From the sequence record SRR16203515_2205: a stretch of DNA of 59,001 bases; one strand, written 5' to 3'. Position 1 is the stretch's first letter. Every line of letters starts with the position of its first letter. Of this stretch, positions 50,721 through 59,001 are shown piece after piece. The notes beneath the pieces are model-generated. The model was not told the origin of the DNA. It saw only the letters and a program-made list of their open reading frames with translations, and did not search any database. The position numbers and the translations under genes are program-made.

Positions 50721-52850
50721 ATGACGCAAGATAAAGACACATGGCGCAAACAGGCCGAGAAAGAGCTTCGTGGTCGTCCCTTGGATGACCTTACATGGAA
50801 CACGCTTGAGGGTATTCCTGTATCGCCGCTATATACCGCCGATGATGTGGCGGGGCTGGATCATATGAATACGATGCCAGGGATCGAACCCTTTACCCGT
50901 GGTGTGCGCGCCACGATGTACACAGGGCGTCCATGGACCATCCGTCAATACGCAGGTTTTTCCACAGCAGAGGAATCAAACGCGTTTTACCGTCGTGCCT
51001 TGGCAGCGGGTCAGCAGGGTGTTTCCGTGGCCTTTGATTTGGCGACACACCGCGGATACGACAGTGATCATGAACGCGTGATTGGCGATGTCGGTAAAGC
51101 GGGCGTTGCAATCGACAGCGTTGAGGACATGAAAATCCTGTTCGATGGAATTCCATTGGATAAGGTGTCGGTGTCTATGACAATGAACGGCGCTGTGATC
51201 CCCGTGTTGGCGAATTTCATCGTTACAGGTGAAGAGCAGGGGCATGATCGCTCGGTCCTGTCAGGCACCATTCAAAACGACATTTTGAAAGAGTTCATGG
51301 TGCGCAACACCTATATCTATCCACCTGAACCATCGATGCGGATCATAGCGGATATTATCGAATATACGTCGAATGAAATGCCGAAGTTCAACTCAATCTC
51401 GATCTCGGGCTACCACATGCAAGAGGCGGGTGCGAACCTGGTTCAGGAATTGGCCTATACCCTTGCGGATGGTAAAGAATACGTCAAAACCGCCATGGCG
51501 CGCGGCATGGATATTGATAAGTTCGCTGGCCGCTTGTCCTTCTTCTTTGCCATTGGCATGAATTTTTTCATGGAGGCTGCGAAACTGCGCGCGGCGCGTT
51601 TGTTGTGGCATCGCATCATGGATGATTTGGGTGCAAAAGATCCCCGTTCAAAAATGTTGCGCACACACTGCCAAACCTCTGGCGTATCCTTGCAGGAACA
51701 GGACCCTTACAACAACGTTATCCGCACCGCGTATGAGGCGATGTCCGCCGTTTTGGGGGGCACACAGTCGTTGCACACAAATGCGTTGGACGAGGCGATT
51801 GCCCTGCCCACTGATTTTTCAGCGCGCATTGCGCGCAACACACAGTTGATCTTGCAAGAGGAAACAGGCGTGACCAACGTGGTCGATCCATTGGCAGGAT
51901 CATATTACGTTGAAAAACTGACAGCTGATCTGGCGGATGCTGCATGGAAATTGATCGAAGAGGTCGATGAAATGGGCGGCATGACCAAGGCCGTGGCGAG
52001 CGGTATGCCAAAATTGCGGATCGAGGAAACCGCCGCCCGTCGTCAGGCGGACATTGACCGCGGCGATCAGGTGATCGTGGGTGTTAATAAATACCGTCTG
52101 GAAAAAGAGGACGAGATTGACATTCTGGACGTTGATAACGTCGCTGTTCGCGAGGCGCAGATTGCGCGTCTGGAAAATATTCGCAGCACACGTGACCAAG
52201 CAAAATGCGAGGCTGCCTTGGCCGAACTAAGCCGCCGTGCCGCCGAAGGCGGAAACCTATTGGAAGCCGCGGTCGAAGCGGCCCGCGCACGTGCCTCTGT
52301 AGGAGAGATTTCAATGGCAATGGAAAATGTATTCGGACGTCATAGAGCCGAAGTGAAAACGCTTGCCGGGGTTTATGGCGCCGCTTACGAAGGTGATGAA
52401 GATTTCGCAGCGATCCAAAAATCGGTCGAAAGTTTTGCCGAGGAAGAAGGCCGCCGTCCCCGCATGTTGGTTGTGAAAATGGGGCAGGATGGGCACGACC
52501 GTGGCGCCAAAGTCATTGCAACGGCCTTTGCAGATATCGGATTTGATGTGGATGTTGGACCCCTGTTCCAAACCCCAGAAGAAGCCGCACAAGATGCCAT
52601 TGACAATGACGTGCACGTGATTGGGATTTCATCACAAGCCGCAGGTCACAAAACATTGGCCCCGCGTTTGATTGAGGTCCTAAAGGAACGCGATGCAGGC
52701 GATATTTTGGTAATTTGTGGCGGTGTGATCCCGCAGCAGGATTATGATTTCCTCAAATCCGCAGGGGTAAAGGCTATTTTTGGACCAGGAACGAATATTC
52801 CAAATGCCGCCCAAGAAATTCTGGATCTGATCCGCGAAGCGCGCGATTAA
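50721..52850 (+). CDS. scpA: Methylmalonyl-CoA mutase
   Basis: [28 protein letters not shown]12-binding GQDGHDRG. Confidence 0.96.
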   Translation: MTQDKDTWRKQAEKELRGRPLDDLTWNTLEGIPVSPLYTADDVAGLDHMNTMPGIEPFTRGVRATMYTGRPWTIRQYAGFSTAEESNAFYRRALAAGQQGVSVAFDLATHRGYDSDHERVIGDVGKAGVAIDSVEDMKILFDGIPLDKVSVSMTMNGAVIPVLANFIVTGEEQGHDRSVLSGTIQNDILKEFMVRNTYIYPPEPSMRIIADIIEYTSNEMPKFNSISISGYHMQEAGANLVQELAYTLADGKEYVKTAMARGMDIDKFAGRLSFFFAIGMNFFMEAAKLRAARLLWHRIMDDLGAKDPRSKMLRTHCQTSGVSLQEQDPYNNVIRTAYEAMSAVLGGTQSLHTNALDEAIALPTDFSARIARNTQLILQEETGVTNVVDPLAGSYYVEKLTADLADAAWKLIEEVDEMGGMTKAVASGMPKLRIEETAARRQADIDRGDQVIVGVNKYRLEKEDEIDILDVDNVAVREAQIARLENIRSTRDQAKCEAALAELSRRAAEGGNLLEAAVEAARARASVGEISMAMENVFGRHRAEVKTLAGVYGAAYEGDEDFAAIQKSVESFAEEEGRRPRMLVVKMGQDGHDRGAKVIATAFADIGFDVDVGPLFQTPEEAAQDAIDNDVHVIGISSQAAGHKTLAPRLIEVLKERDAGDILVICGGVIPQQDYDFLKSAGVKAIFGPGTNIPNAAQEILDLIREARD

Positions 52851-52885
52851 AACAAAAAACCCCGCCAGTTGGCGGGGTTTTCTTT
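52851..52885. terminator. Bidirectional intrinsic terminator
   Basis: AAAACCCCGCCA-gt-TGGCGGGGTTTT flanked by A and T tracts, between convergent genes. Confidence 0.88.
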
Positions 52886-54719
52886 ATCCAGCTTTTGGCA
52901 TCACTTGATACCCTATCTCGTCCGTGACTTCGAACAACCCGTCCTCTTTCCGAGCAAGCTTACCTGTGCGCAACATATGCGCAAAGTGCTGAAGGCTTTC
53001 TTCGCGGGAAAAGTCATCTTCTGTTCCGCTAAGTTTCACGGTGCGCAGAAGTTGTGGGCGCGAGAACTGATCAATTCCGCGAACCTGCGATAAATAAGTT
53101 GCAGCGGCCTCTAATTTCGCCACCAACGAATGCGCACCAACGTGGGCTGCAAATTGTCCAAAATCCGCGAAATCAGACGAATTTACAGGTTCGGCCTGTG
53201 TTTCATGTGTTTCATTGACGGCCACTTCTGGCTTTGGTACCAGCGCAGGTGCGGTCACCTCGGGCGCTTCGGCTGCGGGTTCGTCAATACGTTGGTCTGC
53301 AACCAATCGCAGTGGGGCTGATTTGCGCGCGCCTGATGTATCTGGGCGGCGCGGGCGAACGGCCTTGGCCAAATCATTGCGATAGGCCTCTGTGCTGTCC
53401 TTGTCATCTTTACCCAGCGATTTGTCTGCGATGGTCGCAGCCACGGCGGCACGCAGATGGGCAAGTGCATTTCTGCGACGGTTGCTTTCTGGTTTTGCCA
53501 TTTGTTGATCTGTTTCGTCCATCAGGCGCGACACATCGGCGGTTTCCACAGGCTCGGCGGTTTCGCGACGGGTTTTTGCAACAGGACGTGTTGGACGGCT
53601 TACAGCAACAGGTTGTGGCGCATCATCATCGTCCATTGTGTCGTCTGGCTGTGCATCTGCAGTCTGTTCATCAGAGGGCGCAGGAGAGACATTGATCACG
53701 TGAACGCGTGGCTTGCGCAGTGGAACACGCTCTTCCTCGACAGGCTGTTCCAAGCGTAGCGGCACGCGGTCTTCTGCGAGCTGCGGTTCTTCATCATGCG
53801 TGTCGTCGAATTCGTCAGAGACATCATCCGCTGCGAATACGTCTTGATCTGCATGACTTTCAACCTCTTCATCCGCTGCCATCAGGTCTTGGGTAAGGGC
53901 AGCTTCGAATGCGTCCATTTCTGGCGCGTCGTCTGCGAATACTGTGTCCGCAGCGGTTTCTTCGCGGTCGTGCTCGGTCTTAGGTTCCATTTCTGAAACC
54001 AAAGGTTCTTCGTCTTCAATTTCTTCGGCCGCGGTTTCCGCAACATCGTCGTCATCGTAAGACTCGATTGACATTTCCTCGGTTGTGGTTTCGGCGGGGC
54101 TTTCTTTTGGCGCTTCTGTATTGTCGATTGCTTCGTGGTGTTCAGCCACCTCATCCGCGTCTTCAAATTCAATGTGATCTACAATTGTTGGCAGTTCAGC
54201 GACCAGTTCTTCTGTTTCTGCAGTCTGCGCAGCCATGTCTGTCTCAGCAGATGTGTCCTCAGTGGTTGTGCGAGGGTTGGCGGTGACATCGTTTGCATGT
54301 TCGTCTTCGGTGTAAACCGCAGGCACAGTGTCCGCGGTTGTTGCGGCCTTGATGCGATCTAGGCGTTCGTCGATGGACAGCGCAGGGGGACGAACAGGCG
54401 TAGCGGGTTCAGTGATAATTGCAGACGCCTCTTCACTCGTCTCCTCGTCATAGGACTGGGACGGAGTCAAAACGATCGATGTGTCCCCCGATTGTCGCGT
54501 GTTGATCCCCAACTGTTTTCCGCGCTGTTCCAAAATTCCCAGAATTTCGGCATCAAGTTTTGGCGGTTCGGCCCCAAAAAACCGATCTTCTGCGGCAAGG
54601 TCGTGAAAATACTCGGCCACCGTTTTCATCATGTCGAAAGAATTTTCAAATCCTTCCAATGTGCAAGAAAATGTCCCGTAGGACACGGTTAACACTTTGC
54701 TTGAGTTATCTGTCACCAT
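52884..54719 (-). CDS. Hypothetical protein with long acidic disordered linker
   Basis: N-terminal KVLTVSYGTFSCTLEGF...DRFFGAEPP, D/E/T/A/P-rich middle, C-terminal LEAAATY...FSRPQL...FSREESL. Confidence 0.85.
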   Translation of the reverse strand: MVTDNSSKVLTVSYGTFSCTLEGFENSFDMMKTVAEYFHDLAAEDRFFGAEPPKLDAEILGILEQRGKQLGINTRQSGDTSIVLTPSQSYDEETSEEASAIITEPATPVRPPALSIDERLDRIKAATTADTVPAVYTEDEHANDVTANPRTTTEDTSAETDMAAQTAETEELVAELPTIVDHIEFEDADEVAEHHEAIDNTEAPKESPAETTTEEMSIESYDDDDVAETAAEEIEDEEPLVSEMEPKTEHDREETAADTVFADDAPEMDAFEAALTQDLMAADEEVESHADQDVFAADDVSDEFDDTHDEEPQLAEDRVPLRLEQPVEEERVPLRKPRVHVINVSPAPSDEQTADAQPDDTMDDDDAPQPVAVSRPTRPVAKTRRETAEPVETADVSRLMDETDQQMAKPESNRRRNALAHLRAAVAATIADKSLGKDDKDSTEAYRNDLAKAVRPRRPDTSGARKSAPLRLVADQRIDEPAAEAPEVTAPALVPKPEVAVNETHETQAEPVNSSDFADFGQFAAHVGAHSLVAKLEAAATYLSQVRGIDQFSRPQLLRTVKLSGTEDDFSREESLQHFAHMLRTGKLARKEDGLFEVTDEIGYQVMPKAG

Positions 54720-54850
54720 TTTCGCGTACCTTCACATTGTTCGATGCTGTTTTAACACGCCACCCTTGGCAAAAGCTGATCGAATCTGTGCAATTCAAAG
54801 TATCATTTCGTGGCCTTATTGTGGCATAGAGGCTGAAAATAGGGGTTTTC

Positions 54851-55528
54851 ATGGCTATTGTTTCCGAAAATGAACCAATAACGATTGTAGGTGGGGCGTA
54901 CTTCTCGCAGGGGTTGTTATTGGAAACATTAGGGCGGGCTCCTGTTGTTTATGCCGCCGATGGCGGGGCAAACCTATGCATGCAGTATGGATGTCAACCC
55001 AAGCAGGTGATTGGTGATTTAGATAGCATATCCCCCAGCTTGCGTTCTGAAATGGACCCATCACGCATAATCCATGTGGCCGAACAGGACACCACAGATT
55101 TTGAAAAGCTGCTGATCAGGGTAGATGCGCCATTCACGTTGGCCATTGGGTTCATGGGCGGGCGGATTGATCATCAAATGGCTGTGCAAACTGTTTTGAC
55201 GGTCTACGCGCATCGAAAAATTATATGCATGGGGGACGAAGACGTGATGTTTGTGTCGCCCCCGGAAATAGATCTGCCGCTGGATGCGGGTACCCGTGTA
55301 TCGCTTTATCCAGTGGCGCCTGTGCAGGTGCGATCAACGGGCCTGTATTGGCCCACAGATGGCCTAACTTTTGCGCCAGATGGTCAAATCGGCACCTCAA
55401 ATCAAGCAAAGGGGCCTATCACGCTGCTGCCCAGTGCGCCGTGCATGTTGGTCGTTTTACCCAAAAACTGCTTGGATATCGCAATTGATGCCGTGCAGGC
55501 GGCGCCCTATTGGGACGCGCCAATCTGA
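54851..55528 (+). CDS. thiN: Thiamine pyrophosphokinase
   Basis: AADGGAN, IGDLDS, QDTTDFEK, GGRIDH, GTSN. Confidence 0.9.
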   Translation: MAIVSENEPITIVGGAYFSQGLLLETLGRAPVVYAADGGANLCMQYGCQPKQVIGDLDSISPSLRSEMDPSRIIHVAEQDTTDFEKLLIRVDAPFTLAIGFMGGRIDHQMAVQTVLTVYAHRKIICMGDEDVMFVSPPEIDLPLDAGTRVSLYPVAPVQVRSTGLYWPTDGLTFAPDGQIGTSNQAKGPITLLPSAPCMLVVLPKNCLDIAIDAVQAAPYWDAPI

Positions 55529-56421
55529 CGTTCGCGGAACACGATGTATAGGCCACTGGCGATCACGATGATCATGCCCGTAAAGGCCATTTGATTTGGA
55601 ATGTCGCCAAAGACCAAAAATCCCATAATGACGGCGCTGACAATTTCCAGATAATGCAGGGGGGCAAGTGTTGAGCTGGGCGCATAGGTCAAGGCAAGGC
55701 TCATCAACAGATGTGACAGAGATGCACCAGCGCCCACGCCGATTAGATGTAACCAAAATACCCCGGCTGGCCAAACGGGGTCCAATGGCACGATGCCACT
55801 ACCGTTGGCCCAGATCAGGACGGGTGCGCACATCAGTGTCCCGATCCAGCTGGAATGAAACTGCATTTGCACCGCATGCATGTCGCGCGATAAGGTGCGT
55901 GTCACAAACATGTAAAACGCAAAAAACACAGCAGTCCCCAACGGGAACAGTGCGACCCATCCAAAGGCTGCGAAACTGGGTTGGATCACCAATAAAATCC
56001 CTATGAACCCGACAGTGCAGGCGATCAATCGACGATACCCTACCGACTCGGAAAACACGTATTTTCCAACAACCAGTAGTATGAATGGTTCAACAAAGGC
56101 GATGGCAAGTGCATCCGCAATGGGCATAACGGCGATTGCGGCCACAAAACAGTATGTGGAAAGGATCAACATCAGCGCGCGAAACGCCAAGTTACGCAGC
56201 AAACGACTTGGGAAGCCAAAGGAAAATCCCATCGCCCACATGATCGGAAGCATGATGATCGCCTGAAAGAAAAAGCGTGCCGTCGTCACCTGACCAACAG
56301 GAATGGTTTCACTTGCCAATTTCGCGCAAACGTCCAAAAGGGGTGCGCAAATGCAAAACCCAATCATCAACATGACGCCCAAACTGGGATTTTCTTGTGC
56401 CTTGGAAACTTGGGTGGTCAT
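55507..56421 (-). CDS. EamA/DMT family transporter
   Basis: About 10 TM segments, two EamA repeats, LAPLHYLEI. Confidence 0.88.
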   Translation of the reverse strand: MTTQVSKAQENPSLGVMLMIGFCICAPLLDVCAKLASETIPVGQVTTARFFFQAIIMLPIMWAMGFSFGFPSRLLRNLAFRALMLILSTYCFVAAIAVMPIADALAIAFVEPFILLVVGKYVFSESVGYRRLIACTVGFIGILLVIQPSFAAFGWVALFPLGTAVFFAFYMFVTRTLSRDMHAVQMQFHSSWIGTLMCAPVLIWANGSGIVPLDPVWPAGVFWLHLIGVGAGASLSHLLMSLALTYAPSSTLAPLHYLEIVSAVIMGFLVFGDIPNQMAFTGMIIVIASGLYIVFRERQIGASQ

Positions 56422-56455
56422 TTCGCGCCTTTCGCAACGTGTTATGCGGCTAGTA

Positions 56456-57829
56456 TCAGCAATTGGGCACGTTTACGGCAAGTCCCCCAAGCGACGTTTC
56501 CTTGTACTTTTCGCTCATATCGGCACCGGTTTGGCGCATTGTTTCGATGCAGGCATCCAAAGGCACCAAATGCGTACCATCCCCGCGCAACGCCAGTGAG
56601 GCGGCCGAAACCGCTTTGATCGCGCCCAAACCGTTGCGTTCGATGCAGGGCACCTGAACCAATCCACGCACGGAATCACAGGTCATGCCCAGATGATGTT
56701 CCAATGCGATCTCTGCCGCATTTTCCACCTGTTCAGGCGTGCCACCCATCACTGCACATAGGCCCGCCGCGGCCATGGCGCTGGCACTGCCGACCTCTGC
56801 CTGACACCCTGCTTCTGCGCCACTGATCGATGCATTGAATTTGACCAACCCGCCGATTGCAGCTGCGGTTAGCAGGAAATCGGTAATTCGGCTTTGGCTC
56901 GCGCCAGGTACATGATCTAGGTAATATTTGATAACCGCGGGGACGACCCCTGCGGCCCCATTAGTTGGCGCGGTTACAACCTGCCCGCCTGCGGCGTTTT
57001 CCTCGTTTACGGCCATGGCGTAAACGCTCATCCAATCATTGATCGTATGTGGTGCGGTCAGGTTCATGCCACGTTCCGCCTGTAGCGCGTCATAAATCCC
57101 TTTGGCGCGGCGTTTCACGTTCAGGCCGCCAGGTAAAATCCCGTCATTGTGCAAACCGCGTTCAATACAATCATCCATTACACGCCAGACACGCTGAACA
57201 TCGCGATCAAAATCGGCATGTGATTTTCGCGTGTGTTCATTTGCGCGTTTCATTTCGGCAATCGTTTTGCCGGATCGTGTGGCCATGTCCAACATTTCAG
57301 CGGCTGATTTGAAAGGATAGGGAACAGGTGCCCCTTCTTCAGTGGCTTTGCCCTCTGCCAACTCCTCTGCCGTTAATACAAACCCGCCGCCGATGGAATA
57401 ATAGGTACGCTGCAATATAACGTCGCCTTGGGCATCTGTGGCCATTAGGATCATGCCATTTGCATGGCTTGCAAGCGCCGGACCATAATCAAATACCAAA
57501 TCATCCTTTGGATAAAATCTTAGCGTCGGCAGGCCTGGGGGCGTAATTGTGCCCGTTTCGTTTATCGCGGCTAATGCGGCGTCTGCCTTTTCAATATCAT
57601 ATGTGTCCGCTTGAAACCCAGCCAGTCCTAGTATCGTGGCGCGATCTGTTGCATGCCCCACACCCGTAAAGGCCAGTGACCCGTGAAGCGATCCTTTCAA
57701 TGCGCCAAATTCAAAAGGAGAGGCGCGCATTTCCTCTAAAAAGCGGTTCGCAGCCACCATCGGCCCCATCGTGTGTGACGAAGATGGGCCAATCCCAATT
57801 TTGAACATATCAAAGACGGATAGAAACAT
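56456..57829 (-). CDS. sdaA: L-serine ammonia-lyase (Fe-S)
   Basis: [44 protein letters not shown]. Confidence 0.95.
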   Translation of the reverse strand: MFLSVFDMFKIGIGPSSSHTMGPMVAANRFLEEMRASPFEFGALKGSLHGSLAFTGVGHATDRATILGLAGFQADTYDIEKADAALAAINETGTITPPGLPTLRFYPKDDLVFDYGPALASHANGMILMATDAQGDVILQRTYYSIGGGFVLTAEELAEGKATEEGAPVPYPFKSAAEMLDMATRSGKTIAEMKRANEHTRKSHADFDRDVQRVWRVMDDCIERGLHNDGILPGGLNVKRRAKGIYDALQAERGMNLTAPHTINDWMSVYAMAVNEENAAGGQVVTAPTNGAAGVVPAVIKYYLDHVPGASQSRITDFLLTAAAIGGLVKFNASISGAEAGCQAEVGSASAMAAAGLCAVMGGTPEQVENAAEIALEHHLGMTCDSVRGLVQVPCIERNGLGAIKAVSAASLALRGDGTHLVPLDACIETMRQTGADMSEKYKETSLGGLAVNVPNC

Positions 57830-58515
57830 TAGATTGCCGTGCCTTCTGGTGGATTTGCATAATCAGGTAGGGAAAACGGGGTGTCATTCAACCCCTCTGC
57901 GTGGATCGCCGCACGAACTGCGGGTCGTGTTTCGATGGTTTGCGCCAGCGCGTGCAGCGTTGGATAGGCTGTTAAGTCAAACCATGTCTGATCCTTGGGT
58001 GGATATAGTGCGCACCATCGCATTATCGTAACCACATAATAATCTATAATCGTGGGGGCACCCTCGCGGCCTGACCATTCCTGTGCGGCATCGTCCAAGA
58101 TTGAAAAGGCATGCGCCATACGCTGTTCAGCGCCGCGTTGTAAATCAGCACACCCTGCGTCGTTGGTGTGTTTGTGCGGATAAACCAACAAACGAAAATC
58201 CGCGTGCAGGGTGTTGGACACAAAGAATAACCACTTTAGAAACGCTGCACGCGCGGGATCCGCAGGCGCGGGTGCCATCGCATTGTGGCGCTCTGCTAAG
58301 TGCAACAAAATCGCAGCGGTTTCAAACACGGGTTCATCGTTAATTAACAATGTGGGAATTCTCCCAACTGGATTGTGTTGCAAATAGTCAGGATGTTTTT
58401 GACCGCCCACAGCGCGATCAACCAGCTGCGTTTCATAAGGCTGCTGCAATTCCTCAAGCGTCAAACGAACGATAAGGGAAGCGTTATCTGGTGCGTAGAA
58501 TAGGCGATATCTCAT
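57829..58515 (-). CDS. Glutathione S-transferase family protein
   Basis: LFYAPDNAS, NPVGRIPTL, FETAAILLHL. True start MRYRLF at 58515. Confidence 0.9.
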   Translation of the reverse strand: MRYRLFYAPDNASLIVRLTLEELQQPYETQLVDRAVGGQKHPDYLQHNPVGRIPTLLINDEPVFETAAILLHLAERHNAMAPAPADPARAAFLKWLFFVSNTLHADFRLLVYPHKHTNDAGCADLQRGAEQRMAHAFSILDDAAQEWSGREGAPTIIDYYVVTIMRWCALYPPKDQTWFDLTAYPTLHALAQTIETRPAVRAAIHAEGLNDTPFSLPDYANPPEGTAI

Positions 58516-58684
58516 ACTGCGACAGATAGTTTGTTTCTGGACCTTTGTATTTTCAAAAACGACTATTTCAGCCCATTCGGGACATGAATAATCCGCGATT
58601 AAATGATTTGCAAAAAACTTGGCATTTGCCTCTCGCGCAATGGGGGGTTGTCCCCTATAAGCGACGAAAAAGGAGTATGCTGCC

Positions 58685-59001
58685 ATGAACGATGCACTAA
58701 GCCCACAAGATAAGGCAAAATATGTCTGCGCATTGCGTGCAGCTGAATTTGTAAAAAGCGGAATGAAGGTTGGTTTGGGGACGGGCAGCACGGCCTATTG
58801 GTTGGTCAAACATTTGGGCCAATCGGTGCGCGATGGGGAATTAGACATCGTGGCGGTACCTACATCAACACGCACCAAAGAACAGGCAGTAGAAGAGGGG
58901 ATTAAAGTTGTCACGTTGGATGAGGCTGGTTGGTTGGATGTCACAATCGATGGTGCAGATGAATTTGACGCTGACTTTTCCCTGATCAAAGGGGGCGGTG
59001 G
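58685..59001 (+). CDS. rpiA: Ribose-5-phosphate isomerase A (3' end runs off the window)
   Basis: Not in the ORF track. SD AGGAG, then MNDALSPQDKAK...VGLGTGSTA...VPTS...TIDGADEFD...LIKGGG. Confidence 0.93.
   Translation, partial: MNDALSPQDKAKYVCALRAAEFVKSGMKVGLGTGSTAYWLVKHLGQSVRDGELDIVAVPTSTRTKEQAVEEGIKVVTLDEAGWLDVTIDGADEFDADFSLIKGGG

Noticed and set aside
58516..58791. Long N-terminal extension of the GST ORF (likewise for parE, pyrG, secG, betB, scpA)
   Set aside because: Longest-ORF artefacts; family homology starts at downstream Met codons, and the GST extension overlaps rpiA.

Overview
About 59 kb of gene-dense core chromosome from an alphaproteobacterium of the Rhodobacteraceae/Roseobacter group, with GC near 50% by eye. 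The assignment is inferred from thyX, the phaZ-phaC-phaP-phaR cluster, the pccR/pccB/pccA/mcm cluster, ldtR-sdhE and DUF2842-purA-secG-pyrG synteny. I found no rRNA, tRNA, CRISPR array, IS element, phage or defence island, and no convincing new multi-gene system. Recognisable content: ygfZ (partial), lolE/lolD, three PLP aminotransferases, parE, a MATE pump, gloA, thyX, rluD, rpoH, PHA metabolism, a gamma-glutamylation amine-catabolism cluster with an ABC transporter, rlmJ, pyrG, secG, purA, betI/betB/betA, propionyl-CoA assimilation, thiN, sdaA, a GST and rpiA (partial). The unusual signals are small and mostly non-coding. (1) A two-hairpin sRNA candidate with a C-rich anti-SD loop sits behind a very AT-rich, inverted-repeat-rich spacer next to parE. 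(2) The pyrG leader's 5' UCCC can pair with its own SD, suggesting CTP-sensing start-site control. (3) An intact GFA-family gene missing from the ORF track has only an ATT start. (4) A lipoprotein gene is broken by one frameshift and one stop. (5) A G-quadruplex/i-motif hairpin overlaps the betA RBS. (6) There are putative NrdR, CtrA, PhaR and PccR sites, including a PhaR-type site in front of pccB. All family and site calls come from visual motif recognition; no searches were run.
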